In this document: piece by piece, positions 1 through 11,480 of the stretch
How positions within the stretch are numbered: the first letter of the stretch is position 1
How the letters are laid out: each line of letters begins with the position of its first letter
Assembly (NCBI GenBank): GCA_951406725.2
Contig: OX597823.1
Span: 116,312,001-116,376,000, forward strand
Origin: Octopus vulgaris
Lineage: Eukaryota
Direction: 5' to 3'
DNA: 64,000 nucleotides
Notes under the pieces: generated by a model
What the model saw: only the letters and a program-made list of their open reading frames with translations
Database searches by the model: none
Told to the model about the DNA's origin: nothing
Translations under genes and position numbers: made by a program

Positions 1-332
1 CAATTACAGTGCCTTGGGCAGGATCCCACTGCATGGCATTTTGGGCAAGTGTCATTTACCACAACCCAATTGGTAGATGGAAACTGTATGGAAGCCTGTT
101 CAATGGATTGTATCTTCAACTCAAAAAAAGGTCCAGCTTTGTCATACGCACTTTCACACAGACTCTGCCAGAGAATTATGTCGAGTGCATATCACTGCAT
201 CACTTCAGTGGCCAGACTATCAAATGTGGTTATATATCACTGGTCACAGTGTGCTTTCTTGTATTGCTTGAAGCTTTTGAAAGATGATCAGGTGAATGGA
301 GCAACATACTCCCTGAACAGAAAGTCAATTCT

Positions 333-546
333 TTAATCCTTGAGCAAATGTAATTCTTTCAAATGTATCCAAATGGTTTTGAATTAATCATACTCTATCT
401 CATAGCTTTTAAATTTTGATGATGTGGTTCTATACTTTAAGAATGGCATTACAGAGTTGGCGTGAGAGGCCAGATCTAGACAGTTTGAACATAAAAGAGG
501 CAGAATATTTTGGCTGGATATGGCCGGTTTCAATGCTAAAGGGTTA
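333..546. mobile_element. TTAA-type (piggyBac-like) MITE, family 1, diverged copy
   Basis: Begins ttaatccttgagca and ends aatgctaaagggtta; homologous in opposite orientation to 41824-42051. Confidence 0.6.
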
Positions 547-722
547 GAGGTCACCCATTCACAGCTGATTGGATTGGAACAATGTTAAATGAAGCATTCT
601 GTTCAAGAACACAACGTACCATTGGTCTGGAAATCAAAACCAACAGCTTGTGATTGTGAGTGTAACACCCCATCCACTTGGCCATGTTTCTTCACTAAGT
701 ATGTGTGTGTGTATATATATAT

Positions 723-785
<63 letters not shown>

Positions 786-971
786 TGTATATATATATGA
801 TATACTTAGCACTAATTCAATGAGCAGGTAATCCAGTTGATTGAACAATCCTCATCATCAAAACTGACAGAAATCCATTATATATTCCTTTATATTCTAA
901 ATCCGAATCCCTTCATGCCTATATTGCCTTTCTTCCTTCCAAGATTCTAGGGTTGGGGCAATCTACTGCAC

Positions 972-1015
<44 letters not shown>

Positions 1016-1488
1016 ACATACCAAAATGCCTTTGCTCTTTATGTTCTATTCTGGTGTAGTCAGTCTCTCACACCACTCCCCAGCCATCCATTAAACTGTC
1101 TTTGCTCTCTGCCAGTATTACAAAACGTTTCTGTCATTGTTGTTTTTACTTTCACATGTAAGGATGGGGAATCAGCACAATTGTTAGTACACTGGAGAAA
1201 ATTGCTCCACAGTAGTTGTTCCAGTTGTGTACATTCTGAGTTCAAATTCTATTGTGGTCGACTTTGTCTCTAATTCATTAAGTGTTGATAAAATAAATGT
1301 TTATTCAAGTACTTGGGTCAATGGTATCAAAATTGCAGGCCTTAACTGGAACTGGTATGGTCAGAGGCCACACCAGTTTCCATTGTCTGTTTTGGCTTGG
1401 TTTTTACAGCAGGATGCCCTTCCTAATGCCAACCACTCCACAGAGTGTACTGGGTGCTTCTTATATGGACCATCATCAGGGCTTTCTA

Positions 1489-2170
1489 AAGGCGGTGAGC
1501 TGGCAGAATCGTTAGTGCGCCTGGTGAAATGCTTTGTGGTATTTCATCTGCCATTACGTTCTGAGTTCAAATTCCGCCAAGGTAGACTTTGCCTTTCATC
1601 CTTTCGGGGTCGATAAATTAAGTACCAGTTATGCACTGGAGTCGATATAATCAACTTAATCCGTTTGTCTGTCCTTGTTTGCCCTCTCTGTGTTTAGCCC
1701 CTTGTGGATAGTTAAGAAATAGGTATTACATCTGTCTTTGCTGAGTTCGACTTTGCCTTCATCCTTTCGGGGTCGATAAATTAAGTACCAGTTATGCACT
1801 GGAGTCGATATAATCAACTTAATCCGTTTGTCTGTCCTTGTTTGCCCTCTCTGTGTTTAGCCCCTTGTGGATAGTTAAGAAATAGGTATTACATCTGTCT
1901 TTGCTGAGTTCGACTTTGCCTTCATCCTTTCGGGGTCGATAAATTAAGTACCAGTTATGCACTGGAGTCGATATAATCAACTTAATCCGTTTGTCTGTCC
2001 TTGTTTGCCCTCTCTGTGTTTAGCCCCTTGTGGATAGTAACGAAATAGGTATTACATCTGTCTTTGCTGAGTTCGACTTTGCCTTCATCTTTTTGGGGTT
2101 GATAAATTAAGTACCTGTTACATACTGAGGTCAATCCAATTGAGTGGCCCCCTCCCCTTGTGCCTAAAGT
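1489..2170 (+). mobile_element. SINE family B with a tandem triplication of a 163-bp unit
   Basis: Head aaggcggtgagctggcagaa and B-box-like gagttcaaattcc; core gactttgcctttcatcctttcggggtcgataaattaagtacc. The unit boundary ctgagttcgactttgcc recurs at 1741, 1904 and 2067 (period 163). Confidence 0.85.
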
Positions 2171-2539
2171 AGAAAAGAATTTTAATACAACACAATACTA
2201 CATGTGATTCTGCCAAGGTCAGTTTTACCTTTCGTCCAATAAAATAAGTACCAGTTGAGTATTGGGGGTCTATGTAATCAATTTATCCCCTCCCCCAACT
2301 TGCTGGCCTTGTGCCAAAATTTGAAACCAATATTCCACCAGATTCAAATAACTATTCCTCCAAAAATCCTTGCATGTTTAAATCTTGTTGAAGAGACAAT
2401 CAGATTTTCCAAAGAGGCAATAAGTGAGTTCGTAAACTTAGCCAAAGAGAAAATAGATACAAAAACAAAGAATTCACCTTTTTAGCATTATGCAAAACAT
2501 CCCTGGAAAAGGACCATTGTCCAGTAGAAGGCATCGATC

Positions 2540-2762
2540 TGTTAGAAACGTTAGCACCCCGGGCGAAATGTTTAGTGGTATTTCATCTGCCGCTACATTC
2601 TGAGTTCAGATTCTGCTGAGGTCGATTTTGCCTTTCATCCTTTCGGGGTCGATTAAATAAGTATCAGTTATGCACTGGGATTGATCTAATCGACTTAATC
2701 CGCTTGTCTGTCCTTGTTTGTCCCCTCTGTGTGCAGCCCCTTATGGGCAGTAAAGAAATAAG
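2540..2762 (+). mobile_element. SINE family B
   Basis: agaaacgttagcaccccgggcgaaatg ... gcctttcatcctttcggggtcga ... gtaaagaaata, matching the other B copies. Confidence 0.85.
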
Positions 2763-3615
2763 AAACATTGGCAAATCAATTGCACAGTAGATCTGAAATT
2801 ATAAATTTAGTAAAGAGAAAATTAGAGGAAGATAAAATTAAAGCCTTAAAAAAAATGGATTAAAACTTTTATCTTCACTTTATCAAGAATCATAAATTAA
2901 CAGGAAAGCTACAAAAGTTTTTTCAGAAGCTAAGATTAGTTGGATGTTTTGCTGATAAAGATGATAATGAGGATGATGATGGTGATGATGATGATAATGA
3001 GGATGATGATGATAATGACAATGATGATTCCGTAGTTTAGAACACCAAATTTCATCCGTCCCAGAGGAATAAATACACATCTTGACAGCTCTATTAACAT
3101 TCTATCAACTTTGCCCCTGACAACTAAAATTTCAATGCAAAATTCAACTGAAAGTGAAATGTCAGCCTTAAAATGATGCAGGAAGACCAGATGATTATCC
3201 CTAATCAAAGAGATTAAAGAAGAGACATTGCGAAAATGAACGTGAATACTAGCAGAGCCTTCCAGAAGAACAATTAAATGGTCACATATTTTATCCCGAA
3301 ATTCCAAGCAATATTGATCATCTTACAGTGCAGGAACTCATTGGAAATCTCCATCGGTGGCAACAAATGGAACAAAATGCTGTTAACTAATTGGGCTGGA
3401 AAGAAAAGCTAGCAATGTTTATAGATTCCCAAATATACACAAATCAAAGGAAAATCACGATGCTGTAAGGGAACAAGATAATGAATACTTCAAAATAGAA
3501 ATTTTGCTGGATCTGAAATTAAGGATCATCAGGCTCAACTCATCAGCCAGGTGAATTTCATCAACATTATTTTGAAACTGTTGTGTTCTTTTAGGCCAAG
3601 TTACGTCTGTGATCA
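2760..3615 (+). pseudogene. Decayed Penelope-like retroelement ORF (pre-RT region and RT motifs 1-2)
   Basis: Manual translation across stops and frameshifts gives IKALKK-GLK, LQKFFQKLRLVGCF, SALK..QEDQMII, SNVYRFPNIHKSKENHDAVREQDNEYFKI..DLKLR (from 3411) and NFINIILKLLCSFRPSYVCD. These match PLE motifs LSKGLKF, FYGLPKIHKS, DLKxRP and FIDILLKP..SYVRD. Confidence 0.75.
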
Positions 3616-3743
3616 CAGACTCCAACTACTAACAGATATGGAAGCTCACCATGTAAATCTCTATGGGAAAAATAGACAAACAGAGTGATGTTAGGAGGTC
3701 CATTAAGGAAAAATATTTCTTTAAATACTTCAAAACAATGTTA

Positions 3744-3935
3744 ATCATCATCATCATTTGATATCTGCTTTCCATGCTAGCATGGGTTGGCTGGTTTGAT
3801 CAGAGCTGGCAAGCAAGAGGGCTGCACCAAGTTCCAGTCTTATTTGGCTTGGTTTTTTTGGCTAGATGCTCTTCCTAATGCCAACCACTCCACAGAGTGC
3901 GGTGGGTGCTTTTTACATGGGACCTGTACAGGTGT
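3744..3935 (-). mobile_element. Repeat family C ((GAT)n-tailed SINE-like retroposon)
   Basis: catcatcatc...tttccatgctagcatgggttgg...gatgctcttcctaatgccaaccactcc, shared with about ten copies in the window. Confidence 0.75.
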
Positions 3936-4077
3936 TTTACAGTCAGCACAGGCCTCTTGCAGGCCAATTCTCTTCAGCTGGTGGAGCAATATTAACACTT
4001 CTCCTATGGAGGACAGAACAGTTATTTTCATTTTTCACAATATTTCATCCAATACTATTAATGCTTGTATTCATATA

Positions 4078-4470
4078 CTCTTTACTCTTTTACTTGTTTC
4101 AGTCATTTGACTCTGGCCATGCTGGAGCACCACCTTTAGTCAAGCAAATCGACCCCAGGACTTATTCTTTGTAAGCCTAGTACTTAATCTATCGGTCTCT
4201 TTTCCACGGGGATGTAAACACACCAGCATCGGTTGTCAAGCGATGGTGGGGGAACAAACACAGACAAACACACACACACATGCATATATATATATATATA
4301 TATACACATATAGGATGGGCTTCTTTCAGTTTCCGTCTACCAAATCCACTCACAAGGCTTCGGTCAGCCCAAGGCTATAGTAGAAGACACTTGCCCAAGG
4401 TGCCACACAGTGGGACTGAACCCAGAACCATGTGGTTGGTAAGCAAGCTACTTACCACACAGCCACTCCT
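4078..4470 (-). mobile_element. tRNA-like-headed SINE family A
   Basis: Reverse complement of ggagtggctgtgtggtaagtagcttgc...gggttcagtcccac...gaaacaagtaaaagagtaaaagag, with an internal (TA)/(TG) tract. Confidence 0.9.
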
Positions 4471-4793
4471 ACACCTACATAACTACAAATATATGTACAG
4501 CAATAATATCTTCTTATTGATGCCATGATGTTAAAGTTATTCACAAGCTGCAATGCTACAAGAATTCACCAGTTGCAACGGTAATCTCTTATTGATACTA
4601 CTAAGATAACATTGTTCACTTGAAGAATATTAGTATAAGACATAAAAGTACTTGTAAATTAAGAAAACACATTCAAAATCTGGATATGCTGGAAATTTTA
4701 ATTACAGTTTTCAGTGGTATACATACATATAAATATACATATATACACATATATTTTAAAATATATATATACACACACACACATATATATATT

Positions 4794-4824
<31 letters not shown>

Positions 4825-4825
4825 A

Positions 4826-5105
4826 TCTCTTATATAAAATCTGTTCTGTCTGTCTGTCTGTCTATGTCTTCTCGGATCTCGGGCATCCTCCATCCGATTG
4901 CGCTGAAATTTGATAAGTAGACACCAATGGTATCAGGGCGTGTATAAGTCTTGAAATAATTACAAAAATCGATTCCAGGTGAGAATGTGATCGATAAAGT
5001 CGTTTTTGTCCTGCTTTTCTTCCGTCAACCTGTACATAACTGCACCTTCCATTTTGTGTTGTTTTTGTACTGCTTAAAGGCACATTTCTTTCCTGCACAG
5101 CTTAC
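4826..5105 (+). mobile_element. Probable 5' end of a non-autonomous Helitron
   Basis: A|TCTCTTATATAAAA start, (TGTC)n, then ccgattgcgctgaaattt, a layout typical of invertebrate Helitron 5' termini. No 3' CTAG end identified. Confidence 0.5.
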
Positions 5106-5420
5106 TGTTTAAACCATGTTTGTGTTCTCCCAGTCAACAGCCTAATCATTACTGGTACTTTAAACTCTTTGGTTGCATATTTGTGTAAATAAAATCGTTT
5201 TTCTTGGGAATAGAAAAAAAGTCTATCTTTATTTCTTCTTTTGCTGGTGTCTCAAATTTAGATTAAATCAGTGTTTCTCAACTCAGCACCATCCATTGGA
5301 TGGGGGAGGTGGGTATTTTGCTCGTATATATATATATATATAAATATATATACATGTATATACATACACACACATATATATATATGCACATACATATATA
5401 TATATGTGTGTGTGCATATA

Positions 5421-5465
<45 letters not shown>

Positions 5466-5576
5466 AGTGAATTGGTTGTACCTCCAACCGTGCTGTCTTC
5501 TGCTGTGATTTTTGCTACCAAGGTATCGGTTAAACTTTTGATTAATCTGCAACAAGATTATTCATCTTTCTATTTC

Positions 5577-5628
<52 letters not shown>

Positions 5629-6268
5629 TATATAGTACATTTGTCTTTATAAATGGAAGAAACAGAATTTAATACATAAGGTGGAGAATATGAAACATAT
5701 TTTATTTGCCAAGTTTACTACAGGAGTTCTTGAAGTCTTAGAGTTCTGGACCAAAGTACATGGCAAACAGGTATTCTTAATTAATAAAAAAAAATTATAT
5801 ATATATATGTGTCTGTGCATGCTTATATTGATCTCTTATCAAATATGAATAATTAAAATGATGTATCTGATGTTTAAAATAAACAGTCACTCTACATTTA
5901 GCTCTCAATTCCTCTGTGTGTGTGCGTGTATGTGTGTGTGTGTGTGAGTGTGTGTGTTTGTCTGTGTGTGTGTGTGTGTGTGGATGGTGTTTTTTTATAG
6001 ACAATCATTTCATCTATCTAAAAAACTATTTGTGTAGACTGTGAAATTTTGGTAGATATGTTGGATGTGCTTCAAATAATATTGAAAAGAACAATAATTT
6101 GGGAACTGGCCAAGTTTACATCAATCATCACTTCATATGGATTACTTGTTGTACTCTACTTGTATATATATATATATATATATATGTAGGTCCCGGGTTG
6201 ATTCGGGGTTAACCACAGTAAGTAAGGTACTCAATACATAGCAGAGTAAAATTAATTTATTATATTCA

Positions 6269-6321
6269 GAGCTTCCTGAAGATTTCTCTTGAATGAAACA
6301 GTACTAGTCCTGTAGAAGCTC
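6269..6321 (+). ncRNA. Type I hammerhead ribozyme motif (short stem II)
   Basis: gagcttc-CTGAAGA-tttctcttgaat-GAAAC-agtactagtcct-GTA|gaagctc. Stem I is 7 perfect bp; stem III is near-palindromic acag(t)actagtcctgt; predicted cleavage after A6314. Lies in a ~145-bp island between (TA)n tracts. Confidence 0.75.
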
Positions 6322-6664
6322 CTTCTATATAATAAATATATATATATATATATATATATAGTAATTTTTCAGCTATTTTTCTATACTGGCATGGACAGAA
6401 CAAGTGTTAAAATCCAGGTCAGTTCTTATTCCAAGTAGGTTCCCCTCATATATATATATAAATTTAAAATGAAGGTGAGAAATTAGATATTAATTTAATT
6501 AACATCGATTTCACACCAGTGGTCAAGCATATAAAAAAAAACTGAAACTTGCTCGATTACGTTTTGGTTGTTTTGCTAAATTTTTGTTGAGAACATTTCT
6601 TAGTGGTAAGACCATAGCGGATTTATTTCTAGCATAAAGGTGTCCACATTGTGGTTTCCCTCTA

Positions 6665-6710
<46 letters not shown>

Positions 6711-6864
6711 ATTCAAGTTAATTTAAATGAATTTACTTGAATATGGTACCTAACTTAGATGCACCAAAAAAAAAAAAAAAAAAAAAAAAAAAACTATACT
6801 GATTTAACAATACAGTAATGTGGGGTGATTATAAGCGAGAATGAAGCAACAAGAATGGATAGGT

Positions 6865-6955
6865 TTTTAGTACAATCGTTTCATACAAGGACAGGTTTTA
6901 TTAAAAGTTGCAAAAATTACAGCATATAAACGTGTCCCGTACTCATCAGCTAAAA
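6865..6955 (-). ncRNA. Type I hammerhead ribozyme motif (long stem II)
   Basis: Inverted copy of 7493-7583. Confidence 0.8.
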
Positions 6956-7492
6956 TACATGTGAGTTCTCTAGACATCCTAGTGGTTGAGGCTAAAAGTT
7001 AAATAGCTACAGCCTCTTGTAAATAGCAGTAATATGATTAATGTGGCAAATACCTAATCATATAGCAAGAACTGATACCTACCTCATTGTGTTCAACCAT
7101 TGATAAATTTATCGCCTGTGAATATGAAATTCCTTGGAAATTTACACCTACACCATTGGAAATTGTGCATCTATACAAAGGATTAATTCACCCTCTCTGT
7201 AATGCTAATAAGCAGGAACTGAAACCCACCTCGTTGTAATTAACAATGGATAAATTTGTCTTCTGTGAGTATGTAATCCCTCATCATATCTCTGGAAATT
7301 CATATGTGCACTATGGATTGGGTCACCTTCTCTGTGATGCTATTGGGACTTTTTTAAAATTCTGTGATAAGACTGTACATCATCTTTAAAGAACTTTAAT
7401 GAACTTTGGAAATCTGTTTATGTTACTTAATTATCTACATTACTTCATGAGTATAGCCTCAACCACTAGGATGTCTAGAGAACTCACATGTA

Positions 7493-7583
7493 TTTTAGCT
7501 GATGAGTACGGGACACGTTTATATGCTGTAATTTTTGCAACTTTTAATAAAACCTGTCCTTGTATGAAACGATTGTACTAAAA
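7493..7583 (+). ncRNA. Type I hammerhead ribozyme motif (long stem II)
   Basis: ttttag-CTGATGA-gtacgggaca...tgtccttgtat-GAAAC-gatt-GTA|ctaaaa. Stem I ttttag/ctaaaa is 6 bp; stem II is a 60-nt hairpin; predicted cleavage after A7577. Confidence 0.8.
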
Positions 7584-7640
7584 ACCTATCCATTCTTGTT
7601 GCTTCATTCTCGCTTATATATATATATATATATATATATA

Positions 7641-8714
7641 CTAGCAGTAAAACCTGTCGTTGATTGGTCAATTACTTTTACTGTTTATCGGGAGCTACAT
7701 TGAAAGTATTATTCTATGTATAATTCACTCATTCTTGAAAGTAATGATAGTAATGGTAAATGAAGTTATTGAAGGATTCATGTTGCATTAAGAGCGAATA
7801 TTTCTTGATAAACGATGTTTTTCTTTTTGTTTTATCTCGGGGTACATATGCAAAAAGATTTGCTTTTGCTCCCACGCATGATACTCTTACATAAAGTTGG
7901 CCATGTAAAAAGCATGGTTCTTGAAGCTGCAGTCCAGAAACTTTTAGTGTTTGGCCCAGACTTATATTAATGCTGGTGGCAAAAGAAACTTGGATAGGAA
8001 ACTATAACTGTTTAAATTGGAATGCAGCTTTAGATGGTATACCTGGTCTGCGACGAATGAAGACGGTGTCACCTTCACCACAACCATTGAGAGTATTTGT
8101 CTCAATGCAGTTCCTCATAAGTTTCTGCACAATTAATCTTGTAATATTGAATAATTTTGGTTGATACAAATTATGCAATAGCATAATAGGAATCCCTTTT
8201 TTCAGCTGAAGACAATGAAGAGCTGGACCTGGTCTTTCTCGTGAGTTCAAAAGTTCGATAGGGTAGTTAACATTATCCTGATCATCAACAACACTGTCAA
8301 CTGAGTTATAAGTGAATATTTCTCCTGGAAGTTTATTCAATAACATATTATTAATGCTTTGCACTGCAACATTTTTTGGAGCCAGGATCCATATTGTTGT
8401 AATTATGAAGAAGATTAGGAAAGATTTCATTCACCAAATCATCGATGGAATGAGTTGAATTGCATACTGGATTTAGTGTAAGAAACTGTTCTTCATCAAT
8501 TGGCAGTCTCCCTTCACTGAGTTTCAAAAGCTTGTGTGTGTGTGTTCTTTTAGTGAGTGAAAAAGAGAGAGAGAGAGAAAGCAGGACAAAGAGACAGACA
8601 GGCAGACAGAGAATGTAGAGGGGGAGAGAGAATAGAGGAGACATAAAAAGAAAGTCCTTGAGAGTCTGGCTTTAGTTTCACTTTGTGGGACAACAGACAA
8701 ACAGACAGAATCTC

Positions 8715-8726
<12 letters not shown>
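7641..8726 (-). mobile_element. Internally deleted Helitron with both termini
   Basis: Minus-strand 3' end is a decayed hairpin gaccaatcaacgacaggtt followed by ttactgCTAG|T at 7641. Minus-strand 5'-like end is tatataaaagagagattctgtctgtttgtctg near 8726. A PIF1 remnant lies inside. Confidence 0.8.
7800..8532 (-). pseudogene. Helitron RepHel C-terminal PIF1-family helicase fragment
   Basis: LLKLSEGRLP..DDLVNEIFP / ILAPKNVAVQSINNMLL..YPIELLNS..LQLKKGIPIMLLHNL..TRLIV..VFI / FQFKQL*FPIQVSFATSINISLGQTL..GLQLQEPCFLHGQLYVRVSCV. These match PIF1 motifs; there is a frameshift near 8390 and an in-frame stop at 8002. Confidence 0.92.
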
Positions 8727-8763
<37 letters not shown>

Positions 8764-8797
8764 CATGTATACGTATGTATAGACATATATATGTATG

Positions 8798-8865
<68 letters not shown>

Positions 8866-8929
8866 AAATATGTATATGTATGTGTGTGTGTTGTGTGTTT
8901 ATATCTGTGTGTGTATGTGTGTGTGTATA

Positions 8930-9430
8930 ATCAAAAGGATGTGTTATAATACTATTCCATGTATACAAAAACAGCCATACCAACAATGCAACACACCTCC
9001 ATCATCAGCTGCCCCACAGATATCATTATGGTTTCAACACCTGGGCAGTACCACTCACTCCGGGGCTGTCAACAGCATTAAAATAAGTGTTGCTTGGGAA
9101 CAAACAAGCCAAAGAAACCACATCTTTCAAACACATTTACCCTATGTACAACCATATAGGAAAATAAATTCAATAAGTAAATTACAACCAACTTCTAAAT
9201 ATGTAACTAAACAGCGACGAATCCATTAAGTCATACAAAAATTATAATCCCTACCATCTTCCACAGAATAATATAAAAGTGAAAGCTTAATAACCACATT
9301 CATTCAATCAATCAATTTATAGGCAGGATTAAACACTAACTTTAATAAAACTACAACAAAGAAACACATAAACCAATGTACATCATATTGGTATTAATAG
9401 TAAACCTGCAATAACTAAATTATATGCTAA
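8930..9430 (-). mobile_element. 3' non-coding region of a Penelope-like element (homologous to 57660-58330)
   Basis: Shared block catc(a/t)tcagctgcc..aca.atatcattatggtttcaacacctgggcag at 9000-9048 and 57817-57865. Boundaries approximate. Confidence 0.5.
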
Positions 9431-9770
9431 ATTGTGACCAATCTTTAAGCCCATACAAATAATAATACCACCAATCTTCCATAGTTACTACTATATATAT
9501 ATATATATAGAAAAAAAATATATATATATAAATAGAAAAAATTCTTGCTTGTCTCCATTGAACCAAATAAAAAAACCCTCCCCATTGATAAATCTAAATA
9601 ACAAAGTGAACTCAGTGATAATAAATCTATAGATGGAGAAGGACTTTCTACTGCCATGTTCTTAATGATGAAATTAACTTCTCTGTCTATATATCTACCC
9701 TCTTTGTAATGTTGGCAAAGGAAATAAGTATAAAAATATGCATTGTCTATTCAATTAAAAAAATTCTATA

Positions 9771-9858
9771 TGTGGCTGAAGATTGCTCTTCATTTTAAAA
9801 CTGATGTAATACCTACATTATTTAATAAAATGAAGTAGTATGAAACGATTGTACTACA
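9771..9858 (+). ncRNA. Type I hammerhead ribozyme motif (long stem II)
   Basis: tgtgg-CTGAAGA-ttgctcttcatttta...taaaatgaagtagtat-GAAAC-gatt-GTA|ctaca. Stem I tgtgg/ctaca; stem II includes a perfect cttcatttta/taaaatgaag. Followed by the family tail cttgttgcttattttgatta and (TA)n. Confidence 0.75.
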
Positions 9859-9888
9859 CTACCTTGGATATCCTTGTTGCTTATTTTG

Positions 9889-9931
<43 letters not shown>

Positions 9932-10611
9932 ATACACATACATATATATATATGTATGTATGTGTGTATATCAATATGTATGAAGTGTGTATATACAGTG
10001 AAATGTTCCTGAGTTTATGTTTTATAAGTATATAGCTGTGAGAGTCCATGTGTCAGTGTTACTATTCAGGTCTTTCATATCATCATCATCATCATCATCA
10101 TCATATTCTTCATCACCATACAAACATACATATATATGAATATATGAATGATGACGATACACATGTATCTGTGAGTATGTGTCTGTTTTGTTCTGTGAAA
10201 TGATAGATTTTAATCTCCCTGCCTTTTGAAAGACACCGACAGAATATATGTGTGTGGGTGTCTTATGTGCAAGCATTAGCGTATCTCAATAGGTGCAGCT
10301 ATAAATTGGTGCATTTCTAATATGAAGCTGTTGTTTACCTAACCCTAGTTGAACTCTATTTCTGATTCCCCTAACGATTACTCTTTGTTGTTATCAGTTG
10401 TTTGATATTTAAACTTGCTTCACTTGATGCACTTTGCTGTTATCAGTTTAACATGGTACGTTTGAGACACTGTGTTGTTATTAGTTTAACTTCATGCACC
10501 CACTGCATTGTACTGTTTGTAATTTTGTATTTCAGTTTGACTCGACACAGTCACTGCACAGTGATGTTATTAGTTTGATATGCTACATGTGGGGCACAGG
10601 AAGTGTTTGCA

Positions 10612-10836
10612 TGGCAGAAACGCTAGAATGCCGGGCGAACTGCTTAGGGGTATTTCATCCACTGCAGCGTTCTGAGTTCAAATTCTGCCGAGGTCAACTT
10701 TGCCTTTCATCTTTTCAGGGTCGATAAATTAAGTACCAGTTACACACTGGGGTCGATGGAATCGACTTAATCCGTTTGTCTGTCCTTGTTTGTCCCCTCT
10801 ATGTTTAGCCACTTGTGGATAGTAAAGAAATAGGTA
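10612..10836 (+). mobile_element. SINE family B
   Basis: tggcagaaacgctagaatgccgggcgaac...gtaaagaaataggt. Confidence 0.85.
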
Positions 10837-10949
10837 TTAACAGTTATTATGCATTTCAATTTTAACATGATACTTTAGTGTTAATATTTGCTATATATTT
10901 CAGTTTAGCATTGTGCAGTTGGTGCACAGTGTTGTTATAAGTTTAATAT

Positions 10950-11068
10950 GCTTACGGCCATATCCCATTCAAAGCACCAGTTCTTGTCTGATCACCAAAG
11001 TTAAGCAACATTGAGCCTAGTTAGTACTTAGATGGGTGACCGCTTGGGAAATCTAGATGCTGTAGACA
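10950..11068 (+). pseudogene. 5S rRNA pseudogene (about full length)
   Basis: gcttacggccata...tcttgtctgatc...aagttaagca...gcctagttagtacttagatgggtgaccgcttgggaa...gatgctgtagac aligns end to end with eukaryotic 5S rRNA, including box A and box C. Many substitutions, solitary, no oligo-T terminator. Confidence 0.9.
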
Positions 11069-11083
11069 TCAAACATTTATAGA

Positions 11084-11480
11084 CGTAGAAGTGGCTGTGT
11101 GGTAAGTAGCTTGCTTACAAACCACATGGTTCCAGGTTCAGTCCCACTGCGTGGCACCTTGGGCAAGTGTCTTCTACTATTGCCTCAGGCTGACCAAAGC
11201 CTTGTGAGTAGATTTGGTAGACGGAAACTGAAAGAAGCCTGTCCTATATATGTATATATATATATGTATGTGTGTATATATGTTTGTGCCCCAAACATTG
11301 CCTGACAACCGATGCTGGTGTGTTTACGTCCCCATCACTTAGCCGTTTGGCAAAAGAGACTGATAGAATAAGTTCCAGGCTTACAAAGAATAAGTCCTGG
11401 GGTCGATTTGCTCGACTAAAGGCGGTGCTCCAGCATGGCCACAGTCAAATGGCTGAAACAAATAAAAGAAAAAAGAGTAA
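11084..11480 (+). mobile_element. SINE family A
   Basis: gtggctgtgtggtaagtagcttgc...ggctgaaacaaataaaagaaaaaagagt. Confidence 0.9.

Larger units (their letters stand above)
6709..7618. mobile_element. Penelope-like pseudo-LTR insertion with a 165-bp inverted repeat, in (TA)n
   Basis: 6830-6994 is the reverse complement of 7454-7618 with no mismatch seen. Motifs gaatatggtac.taa.ttagatgcacca and ggggtgattata are shared with 15364-16235. (TA)n on both sides. Confidence 0.75.

Noticed and set aside
6460-6665. Further (TA)n islands (also 5461-5580, 5640-5790, 6361-6450) as ribozyme carriers
   Set aside because: Only partial or doubly mutated cores (for example CTAAGAA...AAAACGTA on the minus strand) without convincing stems. 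They may be fragments of similar elements, but I cannot support that.
10950-11068. Functional 5S rRNA gene
   Set aside because: It is solitary and diverged and has no T-run terminator, so it is treated as a pseudogene.
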